64,000 nt of DNA from an uncultured virus (IMG/VR IMGVR_UViG_3300031578_000015) (taxonomy: Duplodnaviria > Heunggongvirae > Uroviricota > Caudoviricetes): IMG/VR virus record IMGVR_UViG_3300031578_000015, one strand, 5' to 3'. The notes beneath the pieces are model-generated. The model saw nothing but the letters and a program-made list of their open reading frames with translations, was not told the origin of the DNA and did not search any database. The position numbers and the translations under genes are program-made. Below are positions 19,684 through 27,876 of the stretch, piece by piece; position 1 is the first letter of the stretch, and the number at the start of each line of letters is the position of its first letter.

Positions 19684-20130
19684 TTAACCCACATTAGGAG
19701 AAACATCGGCATATTCAATTCCTGTACTTGCTTTATCCTCTACCTTCGGCTTTGCCCTGCTTTTTCGCTTAGGCTTTGTATCAATAATCATTTCTGCCAC
19801 CGCCTCGACTGCCGCTTTTCGACATTCATAAGGAGTATTTAAATCAATAGCTAATTCTGCCACTGCCTCGATCTTAGCATCATCACAAGCAGAAAGGCCA
19901 TTGATAAAATTTACTACCTTCTCCCGGCACTCATGATTAGGCAGAACAATATATTTCCCATCTCCAAACGTCTCCCAAAATAATTGGGTTAGCTTGTTGA
20001 TATCAATTCGCCCATGCTCATCTGCATACAGGTTTTCCACCTTCGCCCTCTGCAATACCTTGTAGAAATACTCCTCAGTGACATAGCCATAGACCTTGTG
20101 ATTCGTAGGATCGTTCATTGAAACGTTCAT
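19684..20130 (-). CDS. hypothetical protein
   Basis: AAGGAG SD; 148 aa. Confidence 0.65.
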   Translation of the reverse strand: MNVSMNDPTNHKVYGYVTEEYFYKVLQRAKVENLYADEHGRIDINKLTQLFWETFGDGKYIVLPNHECREKVVNFINGLSACDDAKIEAVAELAIDLNTPYECRKAAVEAVAEMIIDTKPKRKSRAKPKVEDKASTGIEYADVSPNVG

Positions 20131-20348
20131 AGATACTCCTTTATAAAAAATAATTAAAGACTTACTATTGGCTTTTTATATTGAGGTTCTGAATAGCCTA
20201 ATTTTTCAAACCAATTATCACCATATTTTTGTTTTAGCAATTCTACTTCTGCCACACATAGATTTTCAGGAAGAAGTCCAGCGCTCATGTTCATTAGAAG
20301 ATTACCGACTTCATCAAACATCATTTCATCTCCTCCTATCAAAATATA

Positions 20349-20780
20349 TTATACACTAACTTTAAGTTTTTTCATCTCAATCACAAAATAATTTTCTAAT
20401 ATCTTTATAATTTCTTCCTTGTTTTCCCAAATGTCCTTTTGTACTATCAATCTCTCAATAGCTTGACATTCTGCATAGCGATGAAGTGGCCTTAATGTTT
20501 TCCTCATCTCTGGCCAGAAGTCAAAGCCTGTTTGCCATTTCCTGCTTATAATCAATGCAGGCTTTTCACATACTACTTCATCCTTGATACCTAACTTGTT
20601 TTTAAGCCTTGTCTCTTTTTGCTTTCTGATTGTTTCAGGATCGCGGACGTATCCCTTTGGCCTTCCTCGTTTTTTCCCAGATGGTGCTTTGATGGGTTTT
20701 TCTTTTATGATACCTAGCTTCTTATTTTGCCTTCCGGCGAGCATTGCGGCTTTATGGGCCTCTGAAAGTACCTTAGCCAT
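20349..20780 (-). CDS. basic protein with AT-hook-like KKRGRPK; true start probably ATG 20780 (MAKVLSE)
   Basis: GAAGGAGG SD precedes 20780; the longer upstream extension overlaps a repeated intergenic element. Confidence 0.65.
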   Translation of the reverse strand: MAKVLSEAHKAAMLAGRQNKKLGIIKEKPIKAPSGKKRGRPKGYVRDPETIRKQKETRLKNKLGIKDEVVCEKPALIISRKWQTGFDFWPEMRKTLRPLHRYAECQAIERLIVQKDIWENKEEIIKILENYFVIEMKKLKVSV

Positions 20781-20784
20781 ATCA

Positions 20785-20913
20785 AACCTCCTTCTAAACT
20801 GCTCTAAAACCATTAAAATCAGGTCATAGTGAGGTTTTTTGATCAAGACCGTATAATCTTGCCTTTCCATAAAACAAATCGATCCTGGTCAATATTAGAT
20901 TTTTACTATATAT
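20785..20913 (-). repeat. ~125-bp dispersed element, copy A
   Basis: ATATATAGTAAAAATCTAATATTGACCAGGATCGAT...AAAACCTC...GGTTTTAG...GGAGG; related to copies near 25325, 38725 and 45008. Confidence 0.65.
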
Positions 20914-20968
20914 CATCCTAGCCTTATCAATTTCGGCCTGTGGACGCTTATAGCCTTTTTGCCTTCCT

Positions 20969-21250
20969 TTAGGCATTATGTTTGTTCCAATAGTTCATAA
21001 TCCTTAAAAACTTCATTTCCATTAAAATAGACAATATTGGATGTTTATTCCAATCAGATTTTATTACAAAATATTCCCCATCGCTATCAGATAAAGTAAT
21101 TTCAAATATGTTATCCTTTAACTGATAATGAGTTATATTTTTAGTGTCTATTTGAAAATAATTATAAGTATCAATTTTACCATTATCATACCATTGAATA
21201 CTTACATTAGGTAAACTAATAAACCGTTTCATTTTCATACCTCCATGCAA
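20969..21250 (-). CDS. hypothetical protein
   Basis: ORF coupled to the sigma-like gene. Confidence 0.55.
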   Translation of the reverse strand: MHGGMKMKRFISLPNVSIQWYDNGKIDTYNYFQIDTKNITHYQLKDNIFEITLSDSDGEYFVIKSDWNKHPILSILMEMKFLRIMNYWNKHNA

Positions 21251-21819
21251 AATTGATCTTTATTAGAACCTACCCACCATTCTCTTATTTCCTGCCAAGC
21301 CATTTTTATTCTATTTTGTGTCCAGCCTTCTGATACATACCTTTTTTGTATAAAGCTGAATCGAGGTTTCCAATTTATCTCGACATCTTCCCATTCCCTA
21401 GAAAGTATATACTCAACAATTGTCTTAGCATCTTCTGACAAGCTTATTTCATAATCCATTTTTGTTATTACTTTATCGAAAATATCATAGTGGAAAACAT
21501 CAGGAACATCTATCCTGTTTATATATGTATTCTTACCATATCCCTTCTTATGGCATTCCTTCACCCTCAATACATCCTTGTACTTATTCCTGTACTCCTT
21601 TTTGCAATAATGCTCTAATCTTTGTAATTCATTTGTCAGATAGGTGGAAAAAGTTGAAATAGTTTTATCCCATGTTTCTAATGCCTCGCAGAAAATTAGG
21701 AAACTTTGCCCTTCCAGATCTGCCCTGTCTAAATGATATTTCCTGGAATAATACCAACAAGCCTTTTCAATCATGGGCAGGAATTGCTTGAATTGTTTGG
21801 TGGCATATTTTTTAGTCAT
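21235..21819 (-). CDS. phage RNA polymerase sigma-factor-like protein
   Basis: Region-2-like segment FLPMIEKACWYY...ADLEGQSFLIFCEALETWD...FSTYL. Confidence 0.6.
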   Translation of the reverse strand: MTKKYATKQFKQFLPMIEKACWYYSRKYHLDRADLEGQSFLIFCEALETWDKTISTFSTYLTNELQRLEHYCKKEYRNKYKDVLRVKECHKKGYGKNTYINRIDVPDVFHYDIFDKVITKMDYEISLSEDAKTIVEYILSREWEDVEINWKPRFSFIQKRYVSEGWTQNRIKMAWQEIREWWVGSNKDQFCMEV

Positions 21820-22152
21820 AGTTAATACTTCATTAATGGCCGAAATTCAATACATAGATGATAAAAATAAATTGTTCCTGATGCACCTTGCCATATTCTA
21901 CTTGTTCCTTGGTACATATCATTCCAATAAACTTTTAATATCCTTCCTCTCATTAATTTAGTTTTCATTTCACTTCCTCCATATATGGTATTTCATTTTC
22001 GTTGAAAATGATCTTGGATTGGCTTGAAGGAATTATGGCCAATTCATCATTTTCCTTGTTGAAAATCCTAATTACCTTACCATCATGTACCATCATAGTA
22101 CCTCGAAACATTTGATTTGTGCGAACATCGTAAAGCTTCAAGTTATTCCTCC

Positions 22153-22374
22153 TTATTCAAACGTAATTACGATCTTGCCATCTTTCCACATTTCAAATAG
22201 TTCATGTTCGATCTTTTTTCTTGATAGTTCCATTGTCCTTTTGTAATATGAAATATCCTCCTCATTTGAAACTGCTAAGGCAAAATCATCCCTAGCACGG
22301 AAATATGTTTTCATTAGATTGCCAAGATTGATTTTGCTTTCTGCGTGCTTGATAAACTTTGCATTCTGGTTCAT
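22153..22374 (-). CDS. hypothetical protein
   Basis: GGAGG SD; operon packing. Confidence 0.6.
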   Translation of the reverse strand: MNQNAKFIKHAESKINLGNLMKTYFRARDDFALAVSNEEDISYYKRTMELSRKKIEHELFEMWKDGKIVITFE

Positions 22375-22559
22375 TTCAAAACCTCCTTAGCTTCTTCACA
22401 AGTCTTATAGACTTTCTTACCCTTGTAATATTCTTTTTCTGAGGAAAATACAGGAAGCATATAATTATTTTCTATTACATAGCCAATTATTTTGGCAACT
22501 TTCTTTTTTGGATTTGGTTCTAAGTCTTTTTTCATAAAACCTCCTATCAATTGAACTAA

Positions 22560-22644
22560 TGCCGGGGAGGGGATTTGAACCCCCATGCCATTGCTGGCGA
22601 CGGATTTTAAGTCCGTAGTGTCTTGCCAATTTCACCACCCCGGC
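22560..22644 (-). tRNA. tRNA-Leu, anticodon UAA
   Basis: GCCGGGG acceptor stem, ACGGA-CTTAAAA-TCCGT anticodon arm, long variable arm, GGTTCAAATCC T-loop; no encoded CCA. Confidence 0.93.
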
Positions 22645-22652
22645 AAGTATTC

Positions 22653-22727
22653 TAGGCCATCTTGGATTTGAACCAAGGACATCCACCTTATAAGGATGGC
22701 GCTGCTAACCATCTGAGCTAATGGCCC
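22653..22727 (-). tRNA. tRNA-Ile, anticodon UAU
   Basis: GGGCCAT/ATGGCCT acceptor, TAGCTCAG D-arm, CCATC-CTTATAA-GGTGG anticodon arm, GGTTCAAATCC. Confidence 0.9.
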
Positions 22728-22736
22728 TTGTTTTTT

Positions 22737-22997
22737 TTATGCTAGCACTTTCCTTGCTTCCCGCAGATTGAGCAAAACTGTATTGGCGTTGTATTCATTG
22801 ACGATTGCCAATTTTGCAACGCGCCTACTCCAAGTTTTTGAGTAGACATTGACATAAGAGAAAAGCTTATATTTGCAATCTTCTATTTCATAATATTGCC
22901 ATGATCTTTCTGATACTCTGACATAGGGCTTTTTCTGGTGGTTTGCCTGATTGATCTTTACCATCATTTCAAGTGCTTCGGTTTTGGTTAGTTTCAT
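22737..22997 (-). CDS. early hypothetical protein, paralog of 24706-24960
   Basis: Shares KINQANHQKKPYV and LxSYVNxYSKxWSRRV with 24706-24960. Confidence 0.75.
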   Translation of the reverse strand: MKLTKTEALEMMVKINQANHQKKPYVRVSERSWQYYEIEDCKYKLFSYVNVYSKTWSRRVAKLAIVNEYNANTVLLNLREARKVLA

Positions 22998-23206
22998 GAT
23001 ACTTCCCGAATGAAATTATAGCCACAATCATCATGATATGCTATTCCGTTTTCATTCCAGACTTCTGAAGTATTCGTGTCTATGAACCCTTCTTCACTAG
23101 GTAGATTTTCTTTTACTGTAAATTTGTAATAGGGAAGATTCGATCTCTTTACTTTGACTTTGTTGCCGTTTTTGCATTCATACACTTTGCCCTCTTCAAG
23201 TTTCAT
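22994..23206 (-). CDS. early hypothetical protein
   Basis: MKLEEGKVYECKNG; lies downstream of a promoter and leader repeat. Confidence 0.65.
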   Translation of the reverse strand: MKLEEGKVYECKNGNKVKVKRSNLPYYKFTVKENLPSEEGFIDTNTSEVWNENGIAYHDDCGYNFIREVS

Positions 23207-23217
23207 ATAATCCCCTT

Positions 23218-23282
23218 TGCTCGATTTCTAGGTTCCAGCTAACCTTGATACTTCATTATATATCCTTTAATCGCCTTGTAAA
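23218..23282 (-). promoter_or_regulatory. early promoter TTTACA-N16-TATAAT plus conserved leader ATCAAGGTTAGCTGGAACCTA..AATCGAGCAA
   Basis: Leader repeated near-identically at about 25162-25193; similar promoter near 23856-23883. Confidence 0.7.
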
Positions 23283-23824
23283 GAGTAAAAATTATATTTT
23301 ACGTTCATTTCTTCCATTTTCTTATTTTGCTTGATATACCAGTTCAATAAACACTTGATCGAAGCATATTCTTTTTTAGGTTCTTTTCTCAGAGTATGAA
23401 CAAATGTATATAGAGCATAATCATTTATATACCTTCTAGGATAATTTTTGCCAATCCATTCTCTGACAGATTTTACTTTCTCTATATATGGAATCATTAT
23501 TTTTTGGACTTCTTCATTTAAGAAAAGTTCTTTTGCTTTTTTCTCTTCTTCTTTTAGCCTATTGAAAGTATTGGTCAATGATTCGTAAAGTGAAGGGGAA
23601 TAATCCTTGAAATGATTGATACATTCTGAACCTACATAAGTTATTTTTGACCCATAAAAAATTTCATAACAATATCTAATACGATGCTCACAGACACATT
23701 GAGCATCTGATCCAGCTCCGGCATCTATAACCTCACCTGTATGTTCCCAGTTTTTTACGTCACCAAGTTTATCTATAAAGATTTTTATGAAAGCTGCTTT
23801 TGCTTCGATTCGTTCAGATTTCAT
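23267..23824 (-). CDS. hypothetical protein with CxCxH...GSEC motif
   Basis: QCVCEHRIRYCY...YVGSECINHF. Confidence 0.7.
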   Translation of the reverse strand: MKSERIEAKAAFIKIFIDKLGDVKNWEHTGEVIDAGAGSDAQCVCEHRIRYCYEIFYGSKITYVGSECINHFKDYSPSLYESLTNTFNRLKEEEKKAKELFLNEEVQKIMIPYIEKVKSVREWIGKNYPRRYINDYALYTFVHTLRKEPKKEYASIKCLLNWYIKQNKKMEEMNVKYNFYSLQGD

Positions 23825-23904
23825 CGCTATCTCCTATCAATCAACCTTAATAACATTATAATCCTTTTAGTCTCCTTGTAAAGGATAATAATTGATATTT
23901 TTCA

Positions 23905-24132
23905 TTATTTTAGTGTCTTAAATTTACTACCCGTGAGCGGGAATTGCATATAAATAGGATTGTAGGATTCATTTTTATAGCTATCGACGATTGTTTCTGC
24001 ACTTTTTATATCGTCTAATGGGCCAAGTATTTCCGCTCCATTAGTTTCTGTCGTGACATAATAACATCCTCTAAGACGTTTCATTTCCATAGCCATCGGG
24101 GATGTAGGATAGGCATAATGGACCATCTTCAT
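23905..24132 (-). CDS. early hypothetical protein
   Basis: ORF in the early module. Confidence 0.55.
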   Translation of the reverse strand: MKMVHYAYPTSPMAMEMKRLRGCYYVTTETNGAEILGPLDDIKSAETIVDSYKNESYNPIYMQFPLTGSKFKTLK

Positions 24133-24241
24133 TTCATTTCACCCTTTGCCTTCTTGGCAATTTCTGAACATAGCCCAATGGCAGGGCATCCTTTACAGCC
24201 GCGAAGATGACGGCGATGGCAATCAGTTGAGATTTTGGATT

Positions 24242-24586
24242 TCATTTTGTTTCTTGCAATTCCGAACAAGAAAGAAGTTTTTCAACTTCCTTGACCTGGA
24301 TGGTGTTTATCCATTTTGCATAGCATCCACGAAGAGCAATTTTCTGTACTTTTTTCAATACTTCTTTTTCTGAATGGCCATATTCGCCCAACCATTGTTT
24401 TGGTTCGGGATCGTTTTCTTCCATTTGTATATAGACATAATATGATTTTGTAGGCTTGGGGATGGATTTCATCATTTTATATCCCTTCCCTTCACAGGAA
24501 AAGCATACTCCACCCATTACATGATTAAAGGCCCGAATGTATCCCGTTCCAGAGCATTTCATACATTCAACCTTTACTAGGTTCAT
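24242..24586 (-). CDS. DnaJ-type zinc-finger protein
   Basis: CMKCSGTG...CFSCEGKG. Confidence 0.7.
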   Translation of the reverse strand: MNLVKVECMKCSGTGYIRAFNHVMGGVCFSCEGKGYKMMKSIPKPTKSYYVYIQMEENDPEPKQWLGEYGHSEKEVLKKVQKIALRGCYAKWINTIQVKEVEKLLSCSELQETK

Positions 24587-24705
24587 ATCAATCTCCTATC
24601 AATCAACTTAATAATAGTATAAGCCCCTTTTAGGGAATTAAAACTATTATTTGCCTCATTTTCGGATTATTTTGTCTTTTTTAGATTATTTTTACTATAC
24701 AGATG

Positions 24706-24960
24706 TTAAGTAGTTTGTAGGGCTTTCCTGGCCTGGCGAAGATCCAGATATTTCCCGCCAGCATTGACGAGCTTGCATACCCTACGACTCCAGCGCTTGC
24801 TATATATATTGACATAGCTATATAGGGTATAAGGACTGGCTTCGATTTCCCTGATCCATTCCCCACGATCTGATACAGGGACATAGGGCTTTTTCTGGTG
24901 GTTTGCCTGATTGATCTTTTCCATCATGGCCAGCGCTTCAACTTTGGTTAAGGTGCTCAT
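24706..24960 (-). CDS. early hypothetical protein, paralog of 22737-22997
   Basis: Shared peptide and DNA blocks with 22737-22997. Confidence 0.75.
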   Translation of the reverse strand: MSTLTKVEALAMMEKINQANHQKKPYVPVSDRGEWIREIEASPYTLYSYVNIYSKRWSRRVCKLVNAGGKYLDLRQARKALQTT

Positions 24961-25151
24961 GATACAACCTCGATCACGATACCCTTGCAGGCGTTGAGAT
25001 TGGCTCGGCTGTAACTTGCCCTGGTAAGGCGATCCAACTCCAATTTTGCAACATCATCGCCGAACCATGCCTTGCTATCCTTGTCCCAGGCAAAGCCAGC
25101 ATCAGTAAGGACTGTCTTGGCCGGATAAGTGTTGCCAGTTACTTTGTTCAT
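24957..25151 (-). CDS. early hypothetical protein
   Basis: VTGNTYPAKTVLTDAGFAWDKDSKAW; AAGGAG SD. Confidence 0.7.
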   Translation of the reverse strand: MNKVTGNTYPAKTVLTDAGFAWDKDSKAWFGDDVAKLELDRLTRASYSRANLNACKGIVIEVVS

Positions 25152-25324
25152 CTCAATCTCCTTGCTCGATTTTAGGTTCCAGCTAACCTTGATAAAAACA
25201 AGTATATATCATTTTTCGGTTTCGTAAATCCCTAAAATAAACAATTCGACGAATAAACTTCATTTTCTTCTTGTAAACTACTTAACATCTGTATAGGTTC
25301 TTGCCTTGAAACCTAATCTCAACT

Positions 25325-25449
25325 GCCCTCCCAAACCTTGCTAAAACCTTATAAATCTTTACTCTACGAGGTTTTCCAGCCAAGATCGATACTTCCCTAA
25401 CCAAAGCCATTTGCATCGATCCTAGCCAATATTAGATTTTCTATATATT
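25325..25449 (-). repeat. ~125-bp dispersed element, copy B
   Basis: AATATATAGAAAATCTAATATTGGCTAGGATCGAT...GGAAAACCTC...GGTTTTAG...GGAGGGCAG. Confidence 0.65.
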
Positions 25450-25589
25450 AGGAAAAACCTGTATATCTTCTAATAACTTTTCAGCTTGCAGATAGAGCGC
25501 TTCACCGTCAGGCCCTAGTTTCTGATTCTCCAAATATTCCATAACAGCTACTACAAATAATTCCATTTCGTCAGACATTTTTACTCCTT

Positions 25590-25787
25590 TCATTCATCTA
25601 TCTCATACTTAGTACAATCACATTCATTTTGGGCATACAAATATTCTATTTCATGTATAATTTTATCTAATTCAATTACCACATTAGAAAGATGATTACT
25701 ATTAGAGCCCCCAGCTACCCATAATCTATAAGCCCAATCAGAAAAAGTATGATTAATAGGTATTGTATTTTTTGGTAAATGTTTCAT
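25590..25787 (-). CDS. hypothetical protein
   Basis: Coupled to the upstream ORF by overlap. Confidence 0.5.
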   Translation of the reverse strand: MKHLPKNTIPINHTFSDWAYRLWVAGGSNSNHLSNVVIELDKIIHEIEYLYAQNECDCTKYEIDE

Positions 25788-27013
25788 TTATCTATCCCAT
25801 GCTCATCTTTTTTCTGACTGATAAACCAATCCCATGTCTGGCATTTTGTGCCGAAATGCTTCAAGTATTTTCGCCCTAGATTATTCAGAAAATCAAAATA
25901 TTCTTCCATGAACTTGTTGCTTCCACCATCAAGCCAATATCTATAATTGATATTTTCTTCAATCAAATCCTCAGCATTATCCTTGTACCATTTATAAACA
26001 GAATAAATCCTATTCCAGTACGCGAAGCTATCCCATTCATCATTGTAAAAATACATGAACTTGTTTTGAATATAGGTAGGCAATCGATTATAAGTATTTT
26101 CTGCAATGACTTCACGCGTCTTACTAGCCTTTTGCATAATTGTGATATAGAACATTGAAGTTTGTTTGATTGGATAATACATGAAAGATCCAATGTCTCT
26201 AGTTAGCCATTCTTTATTTTCTGATTCCCTATCAAGTTCAAACCAAGTAATATAATTCCTAGCTGCACATTGTAAAACCATAGATATTTGATTCCAATTA
26301 CCTTTGCAATCATTTACCTCTTTTGTAGTTTCATTGCTTATATAATAATTATTCTTTTCTACAAACCAATCAGCTAATGGATGGCGAGAATTGAACCTGC
26401 CTTCATAAAGATCATAGCAAGCATCTTGGAAATGTTTCATTGATTTAGTATGGATTTTATGGTCAGTAGGGAGGGTGAAGCTGAATAGTTTCTTGCCATC
26501 AGTAAGTCTAAGTCTATCTAATTCTAACAATATTTTTTCTACATTAGGATTCAATGAACTAATAATATCTTTCTTTTTTAACTTTTCCTGCTTAGGTAGA
26601 GGAAGTCCTAATTCATCAAATCCGGCCATGTTATTACTCTCCATAATTTCTAGGATATTTGGCCTAAATCTAAAATATACTTTATTACCTTTTGTCTTAT
26701 GATCCCAATTATTATATTTTTTTAGTGGATATTGATTCTCATTGAACTGACCTTCTCCACAAATCCTTTTTAGCATTTTACCAATTACTACTTTATTAGT
26801 GATATACAAAGTAGGAAGGTCGCTCAATACTTTATCATACCATATCCAATAATATCTTTTTGGCTTTTCATCTTTATTGTCTCGAACGTCTATATAATCA
26901 ATATTAGATGATTGCATATAAGTTAATAACCATCGTAAAACTACTGCATCTGACATAGTTAAATGTAATTTCAATAAATAATCTTGTCTGAATCCTTCAA
27001 TAGTGTTTCGCAT
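25784..27013 (-). CDS. putative replication initiator/organiser with N-terminal winged-helix-like domain
   Basis: N-terminus TIEGFRQ...DAVVLRW...YYWIWYDKVLSDLP resembles phage replication-protein N-termini. Confidence 0.5.
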   Translation of the reverse strand: MRNTIEGFRQDYLLKLHLTMSDAVVLRWLLTYMQSSNIDYIDVRDNKDEKPKRYYWIWYDKVLSDLPTLYITNKVVIGKMLKRICGEGQFNENQYPLKKYNNWDHKTKGNKVYFRFRPNILEIMESNNMAGFDELGLPLPKQEKLKKKDIISSLNPNVEKILLELDRLRLTDGKKLFSFTLPTDHKIHTKSMKHFQDACYDLYEGRFNSRHPLADWFVEKNNYYISNETTKEVNDCKGNWNQISMVLQCAARNYITWFELDRESENKEWLTRDIGSFMYYPIKQTSMFYITIMQKASKTREVIAENTYNRLPTYIQNKFMYFYNDEWDSFAYWNRIYSVYKWYKDNAEDLIEENINYRYWLDGGSNKFMEEYFDFLNNLGRKYLKHFGTKCQTWDWFISQKKDEHGIDK

Positions 27014-27044
27014 AGCATATCCTTTTAGAAATTATTTCAGATAA

Positions 27045-27205
27045 AACAAAACCCTTTCATGGTCTACGGCTCGCCGGAATATAGATGCCCACATTCAAAT
27101 AGCTTCTATGATTCCCCGTAGCCCATGAAAGGGCTTATTGGAACGATAGAATGTGAATTGTAAAAAGAACTGCTAGAAAATCTTTGCGAGGAGATCGTCT
27201 AGCTT
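27045..27205 (-). ncRNA. putative structured 5' leader with the same topology as 17228-17350
   Basis: Outer stem GCCCTTTCATGG-CTACGG/CCGTAG-CCATGAAAGGGT, inner hairpin, 5' hairpin; pairings CTCGC/GCGAG and TTCACATTC/GAATGTGGG; promoter TTTACA-N18-TATACT upstream. Confidence 0.6.
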
Positions 27206-27341
27206 CAATGGAGATAGTATACATCATCTTCCTAGAGAATGTAAAGTACCTAGAAAATAAAAGTAATGTGAAGCTTTGCTTCTACTTGTTTATATTACTA
27301 TATAAACTATATCTATTAGTAATGTATTATGTATTATAGCG

Positions 27342-27385
27342 TTTTATTGTTGAATAAAAGGGTCCTTTTATTGTTGAATAAAAGG
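27342..27385. repeat. two tandem 20-bp palindromic repeats TTTTATTGTTGAATAAAAGG
   Basis: 27342-27361 and 27366-27385, next to an AT-rich tract. Confidence 0.8.
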
Positions 27386-27456
27386 TGCAATAATCCCTTC
27401 TAGTGTAAGGAAATATATTTTCCTCCTTTTGAAAACACCCATAAACGCTCATTATT

Positions 27457-27849
27457 TCAATAGCAAAGCAGCTTCATAGATATAGGTTTTATAGTTTTCC
27501 ATTGTTTCCAATAAGTATCTACATAGCCATAATCAATATTTGTTCCGCTGACCAATACATCTAAGCCATTATCCCATTCTGTATATCTACTCCCATCAGT
27601 ACAGATTACTTCAAATGTTACTTCATAATAATTGATATTTACATTTCCGGTATTGGTTATTGTGTAGTCAAAAGTAATTAAGCCATAATCTCCTAATGTT
27701 GGATAATAATCTTGATAAACATTTGTAATAGTGACTGTGGCAGATTTTATTATAGGAATAGTTGTTGTGGTTGTGGTAGGAGTATCAATTGTAGGATTTG
27801 AGCATGAAAATAGGAATAGTACAAAAATGATGAACAGAAACTTTTTCAT
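27457..27849 (-). CDS. lipoprotein with Thr-rich linker
   Basis: MKKFLFIIFVLFLFS-C lipobox followed by PTTTTTTIP. Confidence 0.75.
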   Translation of the reverse strand: MKKFLFIIFVLFLFSCSNPTIDTPTTTTTTIPIIKSATVTITNVYQDYYPTLGDYGLITFDYTITNTGNVNINYYEVTFEVICTDGSRYTEWDNGLDVLVSGTNIDYGYVDTYWKQWKTIKPISMKLLCY

Positions 27850-27876
27850 ATTTGCCCCTTTAGAAAATATTGTTCA

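Larger units (their letters stand above)
24695..25296. repeat. perfect 22-bp inverted repeat pair CTATACAGATGTTAAGTAGTTT
   Basis: Present at 24695-24716, with its reverse complement at 25275-25296. Confidence 0.9.

Noticed and set aside
22465..22686. ORF in the track over the tRNAs
   Set aside because: It overlaps two well-formed tRNA genes.
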